The translations under genes were made by a program, and so were the position numbers. Of a stretch of DNA of 58,546 nt, positions 30,775-40,111 are shown piece by piece. The notes beneath the pieces were generated by a model. The model searched no databases, was not told the DNA's origin, and was given only the letters and a program-made list of their open reading frames with translations. The stretch is from Limnothrix sp. GTDB lineage: Bacteria; Cyanobacteriota; Cyanobacteriia; Cyanobacteriales; MRBY01. Numbering within the stretch: the stretch's first letter is position 1; each line of letters opens with the position of its first letter. The DNA lies in the NCBI GenBank assembly GCA_049644465.1, contig JBARRZ010000041.1:1-58546 (forward strand). Direction: 5' to 3'.

Positions 30775-32958
30775 TTAGCTATCCGTCGCAGAAGAACGAC
30801 GACGGCGGCGACGGCGTACTACTTTTTGTTCTGGCTCTGCTACCTGTTCTTCTTCCTCTTTCGATTCAGCCTTAGGTTCTGATACCGTTGATTTTAACTC
30901 CGGTTTTTCGACAGTGTTTTCATCTTCTTTAGATTCATCTTTAGCTCGCCGAGAAATCAATTTAATCGTTGGCTTCTCTTTTGTCGTAGCTGTTGAATCT
31001 TCAGCCGCTTCTGTGGACTCGGCCGTTTCGGCAACATCCTCTGGCTTCTTATCTTTGGCGCGATTGTCTAGAGAAATCACCTTCTTAACGGGCGTCTTTT
31101 CTGGCTCCGCTTCTGTCTCTTCTGCCTCCGATGTTGCAGGTTCGGCGATCGCCTCCCCCGGCCTAATCACCTTAATGATGGTGGAACGAGGATCTCGCTC
31201 TTCACCATCATTAAGCTTCACTAAAGGCGAAACACCAATTAACGCATAAATACTCTGCTCATCCGTAGTCATCTCGACCTGAACCGTTTCAGACTTAACC
31301 TCTTCACGGCGGTAACGGCCTCTTTCACGACGGTCATAACGAGAGTTGTTATTGCCGCTATTCGATGCATTATCAACAGATTCTTCCTTCGAACTAGTAT
31401 CCTCGCTACTCGAATCAGCAGAAGTATCCTCTTTTTCAGGCTCATTCGTATCCCGAAGTACTGGCTTTGCTGTCACCTCAGGTGTTCGGCGGCGACGGCG
31501 GCGATTGCCATTATTGCTTTGCTCCTGATAATCAGGGTGGTGCAATAGATCCAAAGGCTCTTCCGAAGACGGCGACGAGCTAGTCGATTTAGCCTTCGCT
31601 ACAGCCCGTCCATTAACCGGTGGTGCAATCCGATTTACCAAAGTCGGACGACTATCAGACGCAGAAGCTGTGCTTTGAGTACTAACCGACAACGAATGAG
31701 TGGCTAAGCCAACAGGCTCTTCTTCACCCGGCAAATGAACCAAATGACCCAAACCGTTGCAGTGGGGACAAGGCGCACCGAAAAGTTCGTATAGATTTTG
31801 GCCTTGACGTTTACGCGTAAGTTCAACTAAGCCTAATTCTGAAAGCTGCGCAATTTGCGGTCTAGCTTTATCAGCCTTAAGTACTTGAGTGAAATGCTCC
31901 AGTAGCTTTAATTGGTCGCGCCGGATGTCCATATCGATGAAATCAACGACGATGACACCACCGATATTTCTTAAACGCAATTGTCGAGCGATTTCTGTCG
32001 CCGCTTCAAAGTTTGTCCAAAGAACCGTTTCGCGGGCAGTGGCAGATCTTGTAAAAGAGCCAGAGTTGACATCAACAACAGTCAAAGCTTCGGTTGGCTC
32101 AATGATGATGTAACCACCGGATGGTAAATCGACTCTTGGTTTGAGCGCTTCGCGAATCGCAGCATTAACACGAAAATAATCTAAGACTGGTTGTTTTTCA
32201 CGGTGATGATCAATTAACAAACCGTCGGGTGCTTTGCCACCTTCCCAGTTCATTAACTGACTTTTAACGCGCTTGAGACTATTGGCAGAGTCCACAACAA
32301 TGCGGTTGACTTCGTCGCTGTAAATGTCGCGTAAAACCCGCTGGACAAAGTCGTCATCGCGGTCGATCAGCATGGGGGGACGGCCGTAATTGGCTTGCTG
32401 CTGGATCGCTTCCCACTGTTTTTTAAGGGATTCTAAGTCGTCGATAATGGCGTCTTCGTCTGTACCTTCGGCTTCGGTACGAACAAGCAAACCCATGCCG
32501 GGAGGTTTCATGAGTACGGCAAGTGCGCGCAAACGACTCCGTTCTCCGTCGTCCATGATGCGGCGAGAGAGGTTAACGCCTTTACCGAAGGGCATCAAAA
32601 CGACGTAACGACCGGGCAGGGTAATATTGCCGGTGAGCCGAGGCCCTTTATTGCCTGTAGGCTCTTTCATCACTTGAACGAGCGCTTTTTGTTGTGGCTC
32701 TAGGAGTTCGGTGATGGAGCTAGAATTTTTTCTGAGGCGGACAGGGCCAAGATCGCTGACGTGGATAAAGCCATTTTTTTCGGAGTCGCCAATATTGATA
32801 AAGGCGGCATCGATGCCGGGAATGACATTCTCAACGCTGCCGAGATAGATATCTCCAACTTGTTGTGCTCCGGTAGAAACGACGATTTCTTGGATTTGGT
32901 CTTCCCAAAAAACGGCAGCAATCTGATGCTGCTCTGCAATGATTATTTGCTTTGGCAT
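30775..32958 (-). CDS. rne: Ribonuclease E
   Basis: GDIYLG, DAAFINIG, KEP.G.KGPRLT, DVNSG, IARQLRLRNIGG, CPHC; cyanobacterial C-terminal microdomains including terminal RRRRRRSSA. Confidence 0.97.
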   Translation of the reverse strand: MPKQIIIAEQHQIAAVFWEDQIQEIVVSTGAQQVGDIYLGSVENVIPGIDAAFINIGDSEKNGFIHVSDLGPVRLRKNSSSITELLEPQQKALVQVMKEPTGNKGPRLTGNITLPGRYVVLMPFGKGVNLSRRIMDDGERSRLRALAVLMKPPGMGLLVRTEAEGTDEDAIIDDLESLKKQWEAIQQQANYGRPPMLIDRDDDFVQRVLRDIYSDEVNRIVVDSANSLKRVKSQLMNWEGGKAPDGLLIDHHREKQPVLDYFRVNAAIREALKPRVDLPSGGYIIIEPTEALTVVDVNSGSFTRSATARETVLWTNFEAATEIARQLRLRNIGGVIVVDFIDMDIRRDQLKLLEHFTQVLKADKARPQIAQLSELGLVELTRKRQGQNLYELFGAPCPHCNGLGHLVHLPGEEEPVGLATHSLSVSTQSTASASDSRPTLVNRIAPPVNGRAVAKAKSTSSSPSSEEPLDLLHHPDYQEQSNNGNRRRRRRTPEVTAKPVLRDTNEPEKEDTSADSSSEDTSSKEESVDNASNSGNNNSRYDRRERGRYRREEVKSETVQVEMTTDEQSIYALIGVSPLVKLNDGEERDPRSTIIKVIRPGEAIAEPATSEAEETEAEPEKTPVKKVISLDNRAKDKKPEDVAETAESTEAAEDSTATTKEKPTIKLISRRAKDESKEDENTVEKPELKSTVSEPKAESKEEEEQVAEPEQKVVRRRRRRRSSATDS

Positions 32959-33317
32959 TCAAATTCCTCGATTTTTTTCGCTTAATGCTGAAAAACCTGA
33001 CTGTGATAAGTTCTTGTGGTCAAAATGCTTTGAAACTAGTCTGTACTATTTCTTGTTTCTCGCAGGCTTCACCGCGGACAATGGTCTAGTTTTGTCGGGT
33101 GAATGTGTAAGGGGTGGCGATCGCCGGATCTTGTATTTGTTGAGATAGTCGTATTTATTTGATACCGCAACAAGAAACGAAGATCTGCGGGTTTTTCCGG
33201 TGCACGCTGTGCAAGAGAAAAAAGTCTGGGGCTAAATATTATTGAATGTTTAGCGGGATGTATGCAATCACCTAACAAACCATGTTACTGCCAAGTGTTC
33301 CTTTTGGATCATTTTCG

Positions 33318-34475
33318 CTAGGTATTGATACGGATTTGTGTGAGGGCTGTCGTTGTTTCTTGCACGGCTTTTGCGACTTGATCTATATGTGCAATGGTGT
33401 TGAACCTTCCGAGACCAAAGCGTAAGGACGCGCCACTCTGGGCTTTTGAACGGCCAAGGGCGCTCAGGACATGGGAGGGTTTCCCGGAAGAACAGGCGGA
33501 ACCGGAAGAAAGGGCGGCGGTCGATCTTAAGCCGAGCAGGAGAGCAGCCCCGTCGATACTGGTAAAGCTGACGTTGAGATTGTGGGGTAATCGCTGGTCG
33601 AGATCACCGTTGAGTTGAATGTTTGCAATGTTTTTGAGCTGTGACCAGAGGCGATCGCGCAGCATTTTAATCTGCTGATTTTCTGCGTCCATTTGGGCTA
33701 AACCCAGTTCGATTGCTTTACCGAAGCCAACAATTTGGGGAGTGTATAAAGTGCCGGAGCGTCGGCCTCGTTCTTGACCACCGCCGTGTAGTTGAGCGGC
33801 GATCGCCACCCGTGGATTTTTACGACGAACGTACAATGCGCCAATTCCTTTTGGCCCGTAGATTTTGTGGGCAGTAATAGACAACAAATCAATATTTTGG
33901 GTGTGGACATTAATAGGGATTTTGGCGATCGCCTGAGCTGCATCACAGTGAAATAAAGTCTGCTTTTCTTTGCAAATGCTGCCAATTTGTTCAATCGGCT
34001 GCAACACACCAATTTCATTATTCGCCGCCATCACCGAAACTAGCGTTGTATCAGGACGAATTGCCTTCTCCAAAGTGGCTAAATCAATCAAACCATTCAG
34101 TTTCACTGGCAAATAAGTCACCTCAAAACCCAGCGTTTCCAAATAAGCACAAGGATCCAGCACGGCTCGATGTTCAGTCTGCACCGTAACGATGTGTTTG
34201 CCCTGCGAAAAATAAGCCTCTGCAACCCCTTTGATCGCTAAATTATTTGCTTCTGTCGCGCCGCTAGTAAAAACAATTTCTTCAGGGATTGCGCCAATAC
34301 TTTCTGCAATGATTTCTCGCGCATAATTGACTGCTGCCGCCGCTTCCCAGCCGTAGCTATGCCCTGCACTCGCCGGATTGCCAAACTGCTCCGTAAAATA
34401 CGGCAACATCGCTGCCAGCACCACTGGATCAACTGGTGTTGTGGCATGATTGTCGAGATAAATTGGACGTTCCAT
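33318..34475 (-). CDS. iscS: Cysteine desulfurase (IscS/NifS group I)
   Basis: IYLDNHATTP, FTSGATEANN, AHKIYGPKG (PLP lysine), SSGSACSS. Confidence 0.9.
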   Translation of the reverse strand: MERPIYLDNHATTPVDPVVLAAMLPYFTEQFGNPASAGHSYGWEAAAAVNYAREIIAESIGAIPEEIVFTSGATEANNLAIKGVAEAYFSQGKHIVTVQTEHRAVLDPCAYLETLGFEVTYLPVKLNGLIDLATLEKAIRPDTTLVSVMAANNEIGVLQPIEQIGSICKEKQTLFHCDAAQAIAKIPINVHTQNIDLLSITAHKIYGPKGIGALYVRRKNPRVAIAAQLHGGGQERGRRSGTLYTPQIVGFGKAIELGLAQMDAENQQIKMLRDRLWSQLKNIANIQLNGDLDQRLPHNLNVSFTSIDGAALLLGLRSTAALSSGSACSSGKPSHVLSALGRSKAQSGASLRFGLGRFNTIAHIDQVAKAVQETTTALTQIRINT

Positions 34476-34488
34476 TTTGGACCGGATT

Positions 34489-35367
34489 TTATATTTTTTG
34501 GCGAGGGTTACTTTGCATCAGCGCGCGTACTTGTTCGGCATGATACGAACTACGAGTGAGTGGGCTAGAGACCACTTGCAAAAAGCCTAACGATTCGCCA
34601 TATTCTCGCCATACCGAAAATTGCTCGGGAGTGACAAAATCCTTGACGCCGAGATGTTTTTGAGTGGGTTGTAAATATTGGCCGATGGTGATGATGTCGC
34701 AATCGACTTCTCGCAGATCACGCATTACTTGGCGCACTTCTTCGTCGGTTTCACCTAGGCCGACCATAATGCCAGATTTTGTATAAACCCACGGTGTCAA
34801 CACACGAGCACGACGTAACAAGTCAAGCGATCGCCCGTAATCACCTTGGGGTCTGGTGCGTTTGTAAAGACGAGGTACAGTTTCGGTGTTGTGGTTGAGA
34901 ACTTCGGGTTCAGCTTTGAGGATTGTTTCGAGAGCATCCCAATTAGCGCAGAGATCGGGAATGAGTACTTCAATTGTGGTGTTGGGCGACAAATCGCGAG
35001 TGCGCTGAATGCATTTCACAAATTGGCTCGCACCACCATCTGGTAGATCATCACGGTTCACAGACGTGATCACAACGTGGTTGAGCTTGAGGCGACGGAC
35101 GGCTTCGGCGAGGTTTTCGGGTTCTTGGGGGTCAAGAGCTTGGGGCTTTTTCTCGAAATCAATATCGCAGTAGGGGCAAGCGCGGGTACAGGCTGGCCCC
35201 ATGATCAAAAACGTCGCGGTTCCAGCACTGAAACATTCGCCAATATTCGGGCAAGATGCTTCTTCGCAGACGGTATTGAGGCTGAGATCGCGCAGAATTT
35301 CTTTGACACTACCGACCCGCTGCCATTGAGGGGCTTTTACTCTTAGCCAGTCTGGTTTCACCGCCAC
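34489..35367 (-). CDS. lipA: Lipoyl synthase
   Basis: [27 protein letters not shown] radical-SAM motif, RSSYHA. Confidence 0.97.
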   Translation of the reverse strand: MAVKPDWLRVKAPQWQRVGSVKEILRDLSLNTVCEEASCPNIGECFSAGTATFLIMGPACTRACPYCDIDFEKKPQALDPQEPENLAEAVRRLKLNHVVITSVNRDDLPDGGASQFVKCIQRTRDLSPNTTIEVLIPDLCANWDALETILKAEPEVLNHNTETVPRLYKRTRPQGDYGRSLDLLRRARVLTPWVYTKSGIMVGLGETDEEVRQVMRDLREVDCDIITIGQYLQPTQKHLGVKDFVTPEQFSVWREYGESLGFLQVVSSPLTRSSYHAEQVRALMQSNPRQKI

Positions 35368-35410
35368 GGCGATCGCTCCTTAATTTTTGCTAAATAAACG
35401 CGTAATTCTG

Positions 35411-35442
35411 TATCCTAGCAATGTTTGCCCTATGTTAGGATA
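35411..35442. promoter_or_regulatory. Back-to-back extended -10 elements for lipA and tRNA-Pro
   Basis: TATCCTAGCA (reverse complement TGCTAGGATA) and TGTTAGGATA, both TGnTAGGAT. Confidence 0.55.
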
Positions 35443-35453
35443 GAAACGCTTTT

Positions 35454-35527
35454 CGGGATGTAGCGCAGCTTGGTAGCGCACCTCGTTCGGGACGAGGGGG
35501 TCGTGGGTTCGAATCCCGCCATCCCGA
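35454..35527 (+). tRNA. tRNA-Pro(CGG)
   Basis: CGGGATG/CATCCCG acceptor stem; anticodon arm CCTCG-TT-CGG-GA-CGAGG; GTTCGAATC T-loop. Confidence 0.96.
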
Positions 35528-35747
35528 TAATTTAGTTTTAATGAGCCGCAGCGAACTTGGTATGCGGGGCGATCGCCGCCAGAGTATCGATAATTTTCTG
35601 AGTAAAATTTTTTGTATAGCTATCTTCTTCTGTTGGCACGAGGGCCCGCTTAGGCTGTGATCTCAGAGTTTGCCTACGCCTATTAGAGCCCTATTTAAAT
35701 CATCCAGTGCCTGATTTCGAACTGAAGGTTTCGAGAATTTCTAGCGC

Positions 35748-35924
35748 TTAGGTGCTAGCACTTTGAGGTTCTTTAGAGAGAATCCAGAGCGCATGAATGA
35801 TGCCGGGAACCCAACCAAGCAGCGTCAATAAAATATTGATAATGAGAGGTGCGCCAACGCCAGTAGTCAAGAAAACACCGACTGGGGGAATCACGATTGA
35901 AGCGATAATTTTAAGTAATTTCAT
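35748..35924 (-). CDS. YqaE/Pmp3 family small membrane proteolipid (58 aa)
   Basis: Translated by hand: MKLLKIIASIVIPPVGVFLTTGVGAPLIINILLTLLGWVPGIIHALWILSKEPQSAST; missing from the ORF track. Confidence 0.93.
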   Translation of the reverse strand: MKLLKIIASIVIPPVGVFLTTGVGAPLIINILLTLLGWVPGIIHALWILSKEPQSAST

Positions 35925-36178
35925 AAAAATAAATAATTAAAATTTACTTTTTAATCATTACAAATATTGTGAAAATCAGCATCTTTCTAGAGAAGTACAC
36001 CAAGGGAATACATTTTTATTTAAATCGGTTGATTCAGATCTATTCCACTTGAGTCATGAATAATTCGCTCATTCTATTTATGATATAGAGGAATAAAAAA
36101 TTGATTTTTGTTTTGTGCCTATCTAGAGCACGAAAAATTAAAGCAAAAAAGTAATTTAAGAAATTAGAGGAAATAATT

Positions 36179-36556
36179 ATGTTAGGCAGTCTATTAACAC
36201 TACTTGCTACAGCACTAAGTTTACTGGTCGTGGATATCATTTTCCCGGGTGTAAACTTGGCTAGCTTCCCTGCCGCTTTAGTAGCTGGTGTGGTTATTGG
36301 TTTAGTTAATGCTTTCATTAAGCCTGCGCTTTCGATCTTGGCACTCCCAGTTAACTTTTTAACTCTGGGTGTTTTCTCTGTCGTGGTTAATGGACTGTGT
36401 TTCTGGTTAGCTTCTTTGGTCACTCCAGGATTCCAAGTAAGTGGTTTGATTGCTTTCTTGGCTGCACCTTTCATCATGTCTGTATCAAGCACTTTGCTTG
36501 GTAACTATTTCGGTGAGAAATTCCCTGAACTTACGGTAGAAGAATCAGCGAAATAA
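36179..36556 (+). CDS. YvlD / phage-holin-family 4-TM membrane protein
   Basis: IGLVNAFIKP.L.IL.LP.NFLTLG.F..VVNG; GAGG RBS. Confidence 0.88.
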   Translation: MLGSLLTLLATALSLLVVDIIFPGVNLASFPAALVAGVVIGLVNAFIKPALSILALPVNFLTLGVFSVVVNGLCFWLASLVTPGFQVSGLIAFLAAPFIMSVSSTLLGNYFGEKFPELTVEESAK

Positions 36557-36617
36557 TCTATAGATAAGTTTCAATTGAGTTGAATTTGTAATACAACAAT
36601 ATTTTTCATAAGAAATC

Positions 36618-36640
36618 AGGGGGCGATCGCCCCCTTTTTT
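36618..36640 (+). terminator. Intrinsic terminator centred on a HIP1 site
   Basis: AGGGGGC-GATC-GCCCCCT followed by a T run. Confidence 0.75.
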
Positions 36641-36718
36641 ATTGCCGATTTTATTGCGGCAACTCTCAGACCAATTTTTATTATTTAGACTAAATTGAGA
36701 TAATTAAAGTTTTAGACA

Positions 36719-37207
36719 GTGATGCTCAAAAAAGTTATTAGCTCGTTTTGCTTAGTGCTGGGCTTGTTTGTTTGCCTAAACACTATTTGGATACAGCCGA
36801 GTTTGGCCGATCTGCGCCAACATGAATTTGTGCCGGGGGAAATGATTTATCAGTCACGGCAATCGCTCCGCGATATTGATCGTCATCCATGGCAAATTGT
36901 GGTTTTCAAGAAAGTGGCGGGTGAGCGGGTGAGTAATGTTCAACTGCGGCTAGTTGGTTTTCCTGATCAGGTTGAGTTTAAACATCCGGCAGATTTAATT
37001 GTGCGAACGAGGACAGGGCAAGATTTTCAAGTTTCTGACCAGTTTGCGGAACAAGCGCCAGCACCAAATGTTGGACAATACGATGTGACGGAGATTTTGC
37101 CGTTATTGCCGACGGATGAGCCGATTATTTTAGAACTACCGACGAAGCAAGCTGTGACGCTAAAAATCCCTGTTTCTGTAATTTTGGAATGGCAGGCGAT
37201 CGCCTAA
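36719..37207 (+). CDS. Exported conserved cyanobacterial protein (DUF3122-like)
   Basis: Signal peptide; YQSRQSLRD...WQIVVFK; LRLVGFP; PNVGQYD; EWQ. Confidence 0.8.
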   Translation: MMLKKVISSFCLVLGLFVCLNTIWIQPSLADLRQHEFVPGEMIYQSRQSLRDIDRHPWQIVVFKKVAGERVSNVQLRLVGFPDQVEFKHPADLIVRTRTGQDFQVSDQFAEQAPAPNVGQYDVTEILPLLPTDEPIILELPTKQAVTLKIPVSVILEWQAIA

Positions 37208-37263
37208 ATGGACGAGATTTAAGTTATTCTCAGTAGCTGATCACTTGATTTGGATGAACAGAT

Positions 37264-37905
37264 ATGGCTCGCCTTTCGAAAGAACTACAGCGTTATTTTT
37301 TTGAAGAAGATCGTGACGAAACGGTGAGTCTAGCCCAAATGATCGCTTTGGCGGAGGAGAAAGTTTTTGGCATTATTTTGTTGCTGCTGTCCTTTCCGTC
37401 TGCCTTGCCGATTCCTGCGCCCGGTTATTCGATTCCCTTCGGTGCTTTGATTTTCGTGGTGGCTGTGCAGCTTATGATGGGCCGAGAAAAGCTGTGGTTG
37501 CCGCAATCTTGGCAAAGAAAAACAATCAAAACAGCAAAAGCGCAGGGCATTCTCAAAAAAGGTTTGCCGTGGCTCAAAAAAATTGAGGCGATCGCCCACC
37601 CGCGTTTCCCCATAGTCTGTCAAAGTGCAGGTGGAAAATTGGTGATGGGAGTGGCGATCGCCATGATGGCAAGCTCAATGATGATTCCGATTCCCGGCAC
37701 AAATACCTTGCCGGCAATTAGCGTTTTTCTAATTGCCTTTGGCCTCCAAGAAGAAGACGGTCTGATCAGTGCTGGCGGCATTGTTTTTGCAATTTCAATT
37801 GCTTTACTAATGGTTTCTGTAATCTACGTTTTTTATAACGGCGGTTCTAGTATCTTTGATATTTTAAAGGACTGGATTGATGCAGCTGTTTTAAGTAGTA
37901 TTTAA
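37264..37905 (+). CDS. exoD: Exopolysaccharide synthesis ExoD family protein
   Basis: FGIILLLLSFPSALPIP, QLMMGR..LWLP, IPIPGTNTLPA..EEDG. Confidence 0.88.
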   Translation: MARLSKELQRYFFEEDRDETVSLAQMIALAEEKVFGIILLLLSFPSALPIPAPGYSIPFGALIFVVAVQLMMGREKLWLPQSWQRKTIKTAKAQGILKKGLPWLKKIEAIAHPRFPIVCQSAGGKLVMGVAIAMMASSMMIPIPGTNTLPAISVFLIAFGLQEEDGLISAGGIVFAISIALLMVSVIYVFYNGGSSIFDILKDWIDAAVLSSI

Positions 37906-37958
37906 AACAGCTATTTTATAAACAGTCAAATATGCACAGTCAAATCAAAAAATAGATC

Positions 37959-38894
37959 TTAAACCATCGGTGGCGGTGAATCTGTCATCGGAGAATTTGA
38001 CTGTGCTTCTCGCTCTGACGCTCTAGCAGCTAAAGGATAAGGTAAATCATGACGTTTAAAAGCATGTTTTGCCCGACGAATTAAGTCTGTTTTGTAAATA
38101 AATTCATCACGAGCATCCATCGGATAAGAGCGTAATTTGAACTGTGTCCCCCAAAATTGCTCATCCATCACCACAATGATTGGTAGCTTTAATTGAGTGT
38201 ATTTACTACTGTGGGCAGCTTGGTACAAAATCGAAATAATTTTTTCTGTATCAGCGTTATGAGCGAAGTAAAAACTGGTCGCAACCTGAGCTTCTAACTT
38301 GCCTGTATTAGCATTAGAAATAGCATCTGTCCATGTTTTATTGTGCGGAATGGTTACTACGTTATCGTCTGGGGTTTGAATCTGAATCCCCCGTAAACCA
38401 TAGCCAACAACTTCTCCGTAATAGTCACCAATTTTGATGCGATCGCCCATTCGATAAGGCGCTTCAAACAGTGCAATGATCCCTGCAATCACAGAACTAA
38501 CATAATCTTTGAACGCGAAACCAAGGGCAACAGCAATGGTTCCAGTTAGAGCGAAAACATTGGATGGCGAAAGATCCAAAAAGAGATTGATTAGAGAAAA
38601 TAGAGAAGCGATCAGAATGAAAGCTTTCCAGAAAGGTAATGCCTGTTTAATTAATAGGCGAAACCGACGAGCAACCCGTTCTGATAACCAATTCGTAATG
38701 GCTTGAATCAGGAAAAAGCTACTGTAGGCAATCATTATCGTAATGGTGGCCCGCAGAATCTTACGAAAGGTAATATCTGTAAGGAGACGCTCCGGTAAGC
38801 TCTCTTCTTTTTCCGCCTCGGCTTGCGCGATGAGTAGTCCGTGGTGGAGCAGCGATAAAATATGGTCGGAGTCGATCATCGATATGTGTTGCAT
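37959..38894 (-). CDS. MscS-family mechanosensitive channel
   Basis: ALGFAFKD...IAGI..LFE.PY.MGDRIKIG...GEV...GLR...IQTPD...TIP. Confidence 0.92.
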   Translation of the reverse strand: MQHISMIDSDHILSLLHHGLLIAQAEAEKEESLPERLLTDITFRKILRATITIMIAYSSFFLIQAITNWLSERVARRFRLLIKQALPFWKAFILIASLFSLINLFLDLSPSNVFALTGTIAVALGFAFKDYVSSVIAGIIALFEAPYRMGDRIKIGDYYGEVVGYGLRGIQIQTPDDNVVTIPHNKTWTDAISNANTGKLEAQVATSFYFAHNADTEKIISILYQAAHSSKYTQLKLPIIVVMDEQFWGTQFKLRSYPMDARDEFIYKTDLIRRAKHAFKRHDLPYPLAARASEREAQSNSPMTDSPPPMV

Positions 38895-40111
38895 TAATCG
38901 TCTCCTACAAAGAAATTATTGTTGCCAAGTTCATTTTTTAGTCTGACATAATGGGACGAACTCACTAACAGTTCGCCGTTTTTTCGCTCTAACAAACCTG
39001 CTCGTAAAAGGGCTTGTATTTGCGACTGAATCTGATTTTCTTGCTGACCTAAACTAAAGGCTAAATGGGCGCGGGTCATTTGTCCGTGAATTAATAAAGA
39101 ATGTAATAAATAGCGATCGCCACTTTCTAAGATCGGCAAGCTTGGTAAAGAGGGCTTCACCTCTTGGAAGGTAATTACTTGAGATTCTTGGGGAGTTTCC
39201 CCTAAGTGCAAATTGCTCAAATCTTGCTGATCTTCCTCTTCTGCTGCTGCCATCAAATTTTCTTCTACTCGCAAACTTTGTAACCACAAGCTCGCGGCGA
39301 TCGTGCTCACACCTAAGGCTCGGTCTGCTAATGATTTCCAATAATCTTGCGAACTATCTTCTTGATCAGCATCTTCCTTGGTCGCGATCATTGTTTTGAC
39401 AACAGGGTTGAGCCATTCTCTGAGCATTTCCCCGTCTAGTTTTGGCAATGATTTAATTTCGCTAAAGTAGGCACTGACTTGACAGACAAAGTTTAAAAAG
39501 CCCCATGCCCAATGGCTACAGCCGATGACCCAAAAACAATCGTTGTGCTTAATGGCCATATCGCGTAAATATTCAATGCTTTCCCAACCACCAATGCAGC
39601 GTAAAAAGCATTTTTCTAGACAAGGAATGACCACTACGGTTTTGCGAATGTCTAGATCGTCGCTGTCGAGTTCTTCATCGGTGCTGGTTTGATTTTCAGA
39701 ATTGAGCTGTACGTAGGGCTTTAGGGCTGTACTAAATTGCTCTGTTAGTTTGAGAGAATCTTTGGGGCGAGTCACGCAAGATAGGGGGGTGATCACCTCG
39801 ATCCCTTCGTATTGCCACGGCTCCATGCTGTCGTTGAGAACTTCGGCGATCGCCTCGACTGGACTACCGAGGAACACCAAACTATTCGGCGCATCTAAAT
39901 TTTCTTGCCACGCGGCGATCGCCTGATCTAACTCCTCACGAACAAATACCTGATAAGCCTCCGGACTAGACAGCGCCCGGATTTCTTGAATGAGCTGATT
40001 TTGCAAAACATCAGGCAGCGAGATCAAATCATCCCTCGTCTCCGCTACCGTTGTTTTGCCGAACCACATTTGAATTTGTTGTTTTATCGTTCGAACAGAA
40101 ACTTTATTCAT
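38894..40111 (-). CDS. Hypothetical protein: degenerate P-loop-like domain plus C-terminal winged helix
   Basis: SLVFLGSPVEAIAE at a Walker A-like position; VVVIPCLEKCFLR at a Walker B-like position; C-terminal LLHSLLIHG.MT..HLAFSL....L..AGLLE; TAATG overlaps with both neighbours. Confidence 0.75.
   Translation of the reverse strand: MNKVSVRTIKQQIQMWFGKTTVAETRDDLISLPDVLQNQLIQEIRALSSPEAYQVFVREELDQAIAAWQENLDAPNSLVFLGSPVEAIAEVLNDSMEPWQYEGIEVITPLSCVTRPKDSLKLTEQFSTALKPYVQLNSENQTSTDEELDSDDLDIRKTVVVIPCLEKCFLRCIGGWESIEYLRDMAIKHNDCFWVIGCSHWAWGFLNFVCQVSAYFSEIKSLPKLDGEMLREWLNPVVKTMIATKEDADQEDSSQDYWKSLADRALGVSTIAASLWLQSLRVEENLMAAAEEEDQQDLSNLHLGETPQESQVITFQEVKPSLPSLPILESGDRYLLHSLLIHGQMTRAHLAFSLGQQENQIQSQIQALLRAGLLERKNGELLVSSSHYVRLKNELGNNNFFVGDD

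Noticed and set aside
36179..36556. Prophage signalled by a holin-family gene next to tRNA-Pro
   Set aside because: YvlD-type proteins are common chromosomal genes; I saw no integrase, endolysin, structural genes or duplicated tRNA 3' end
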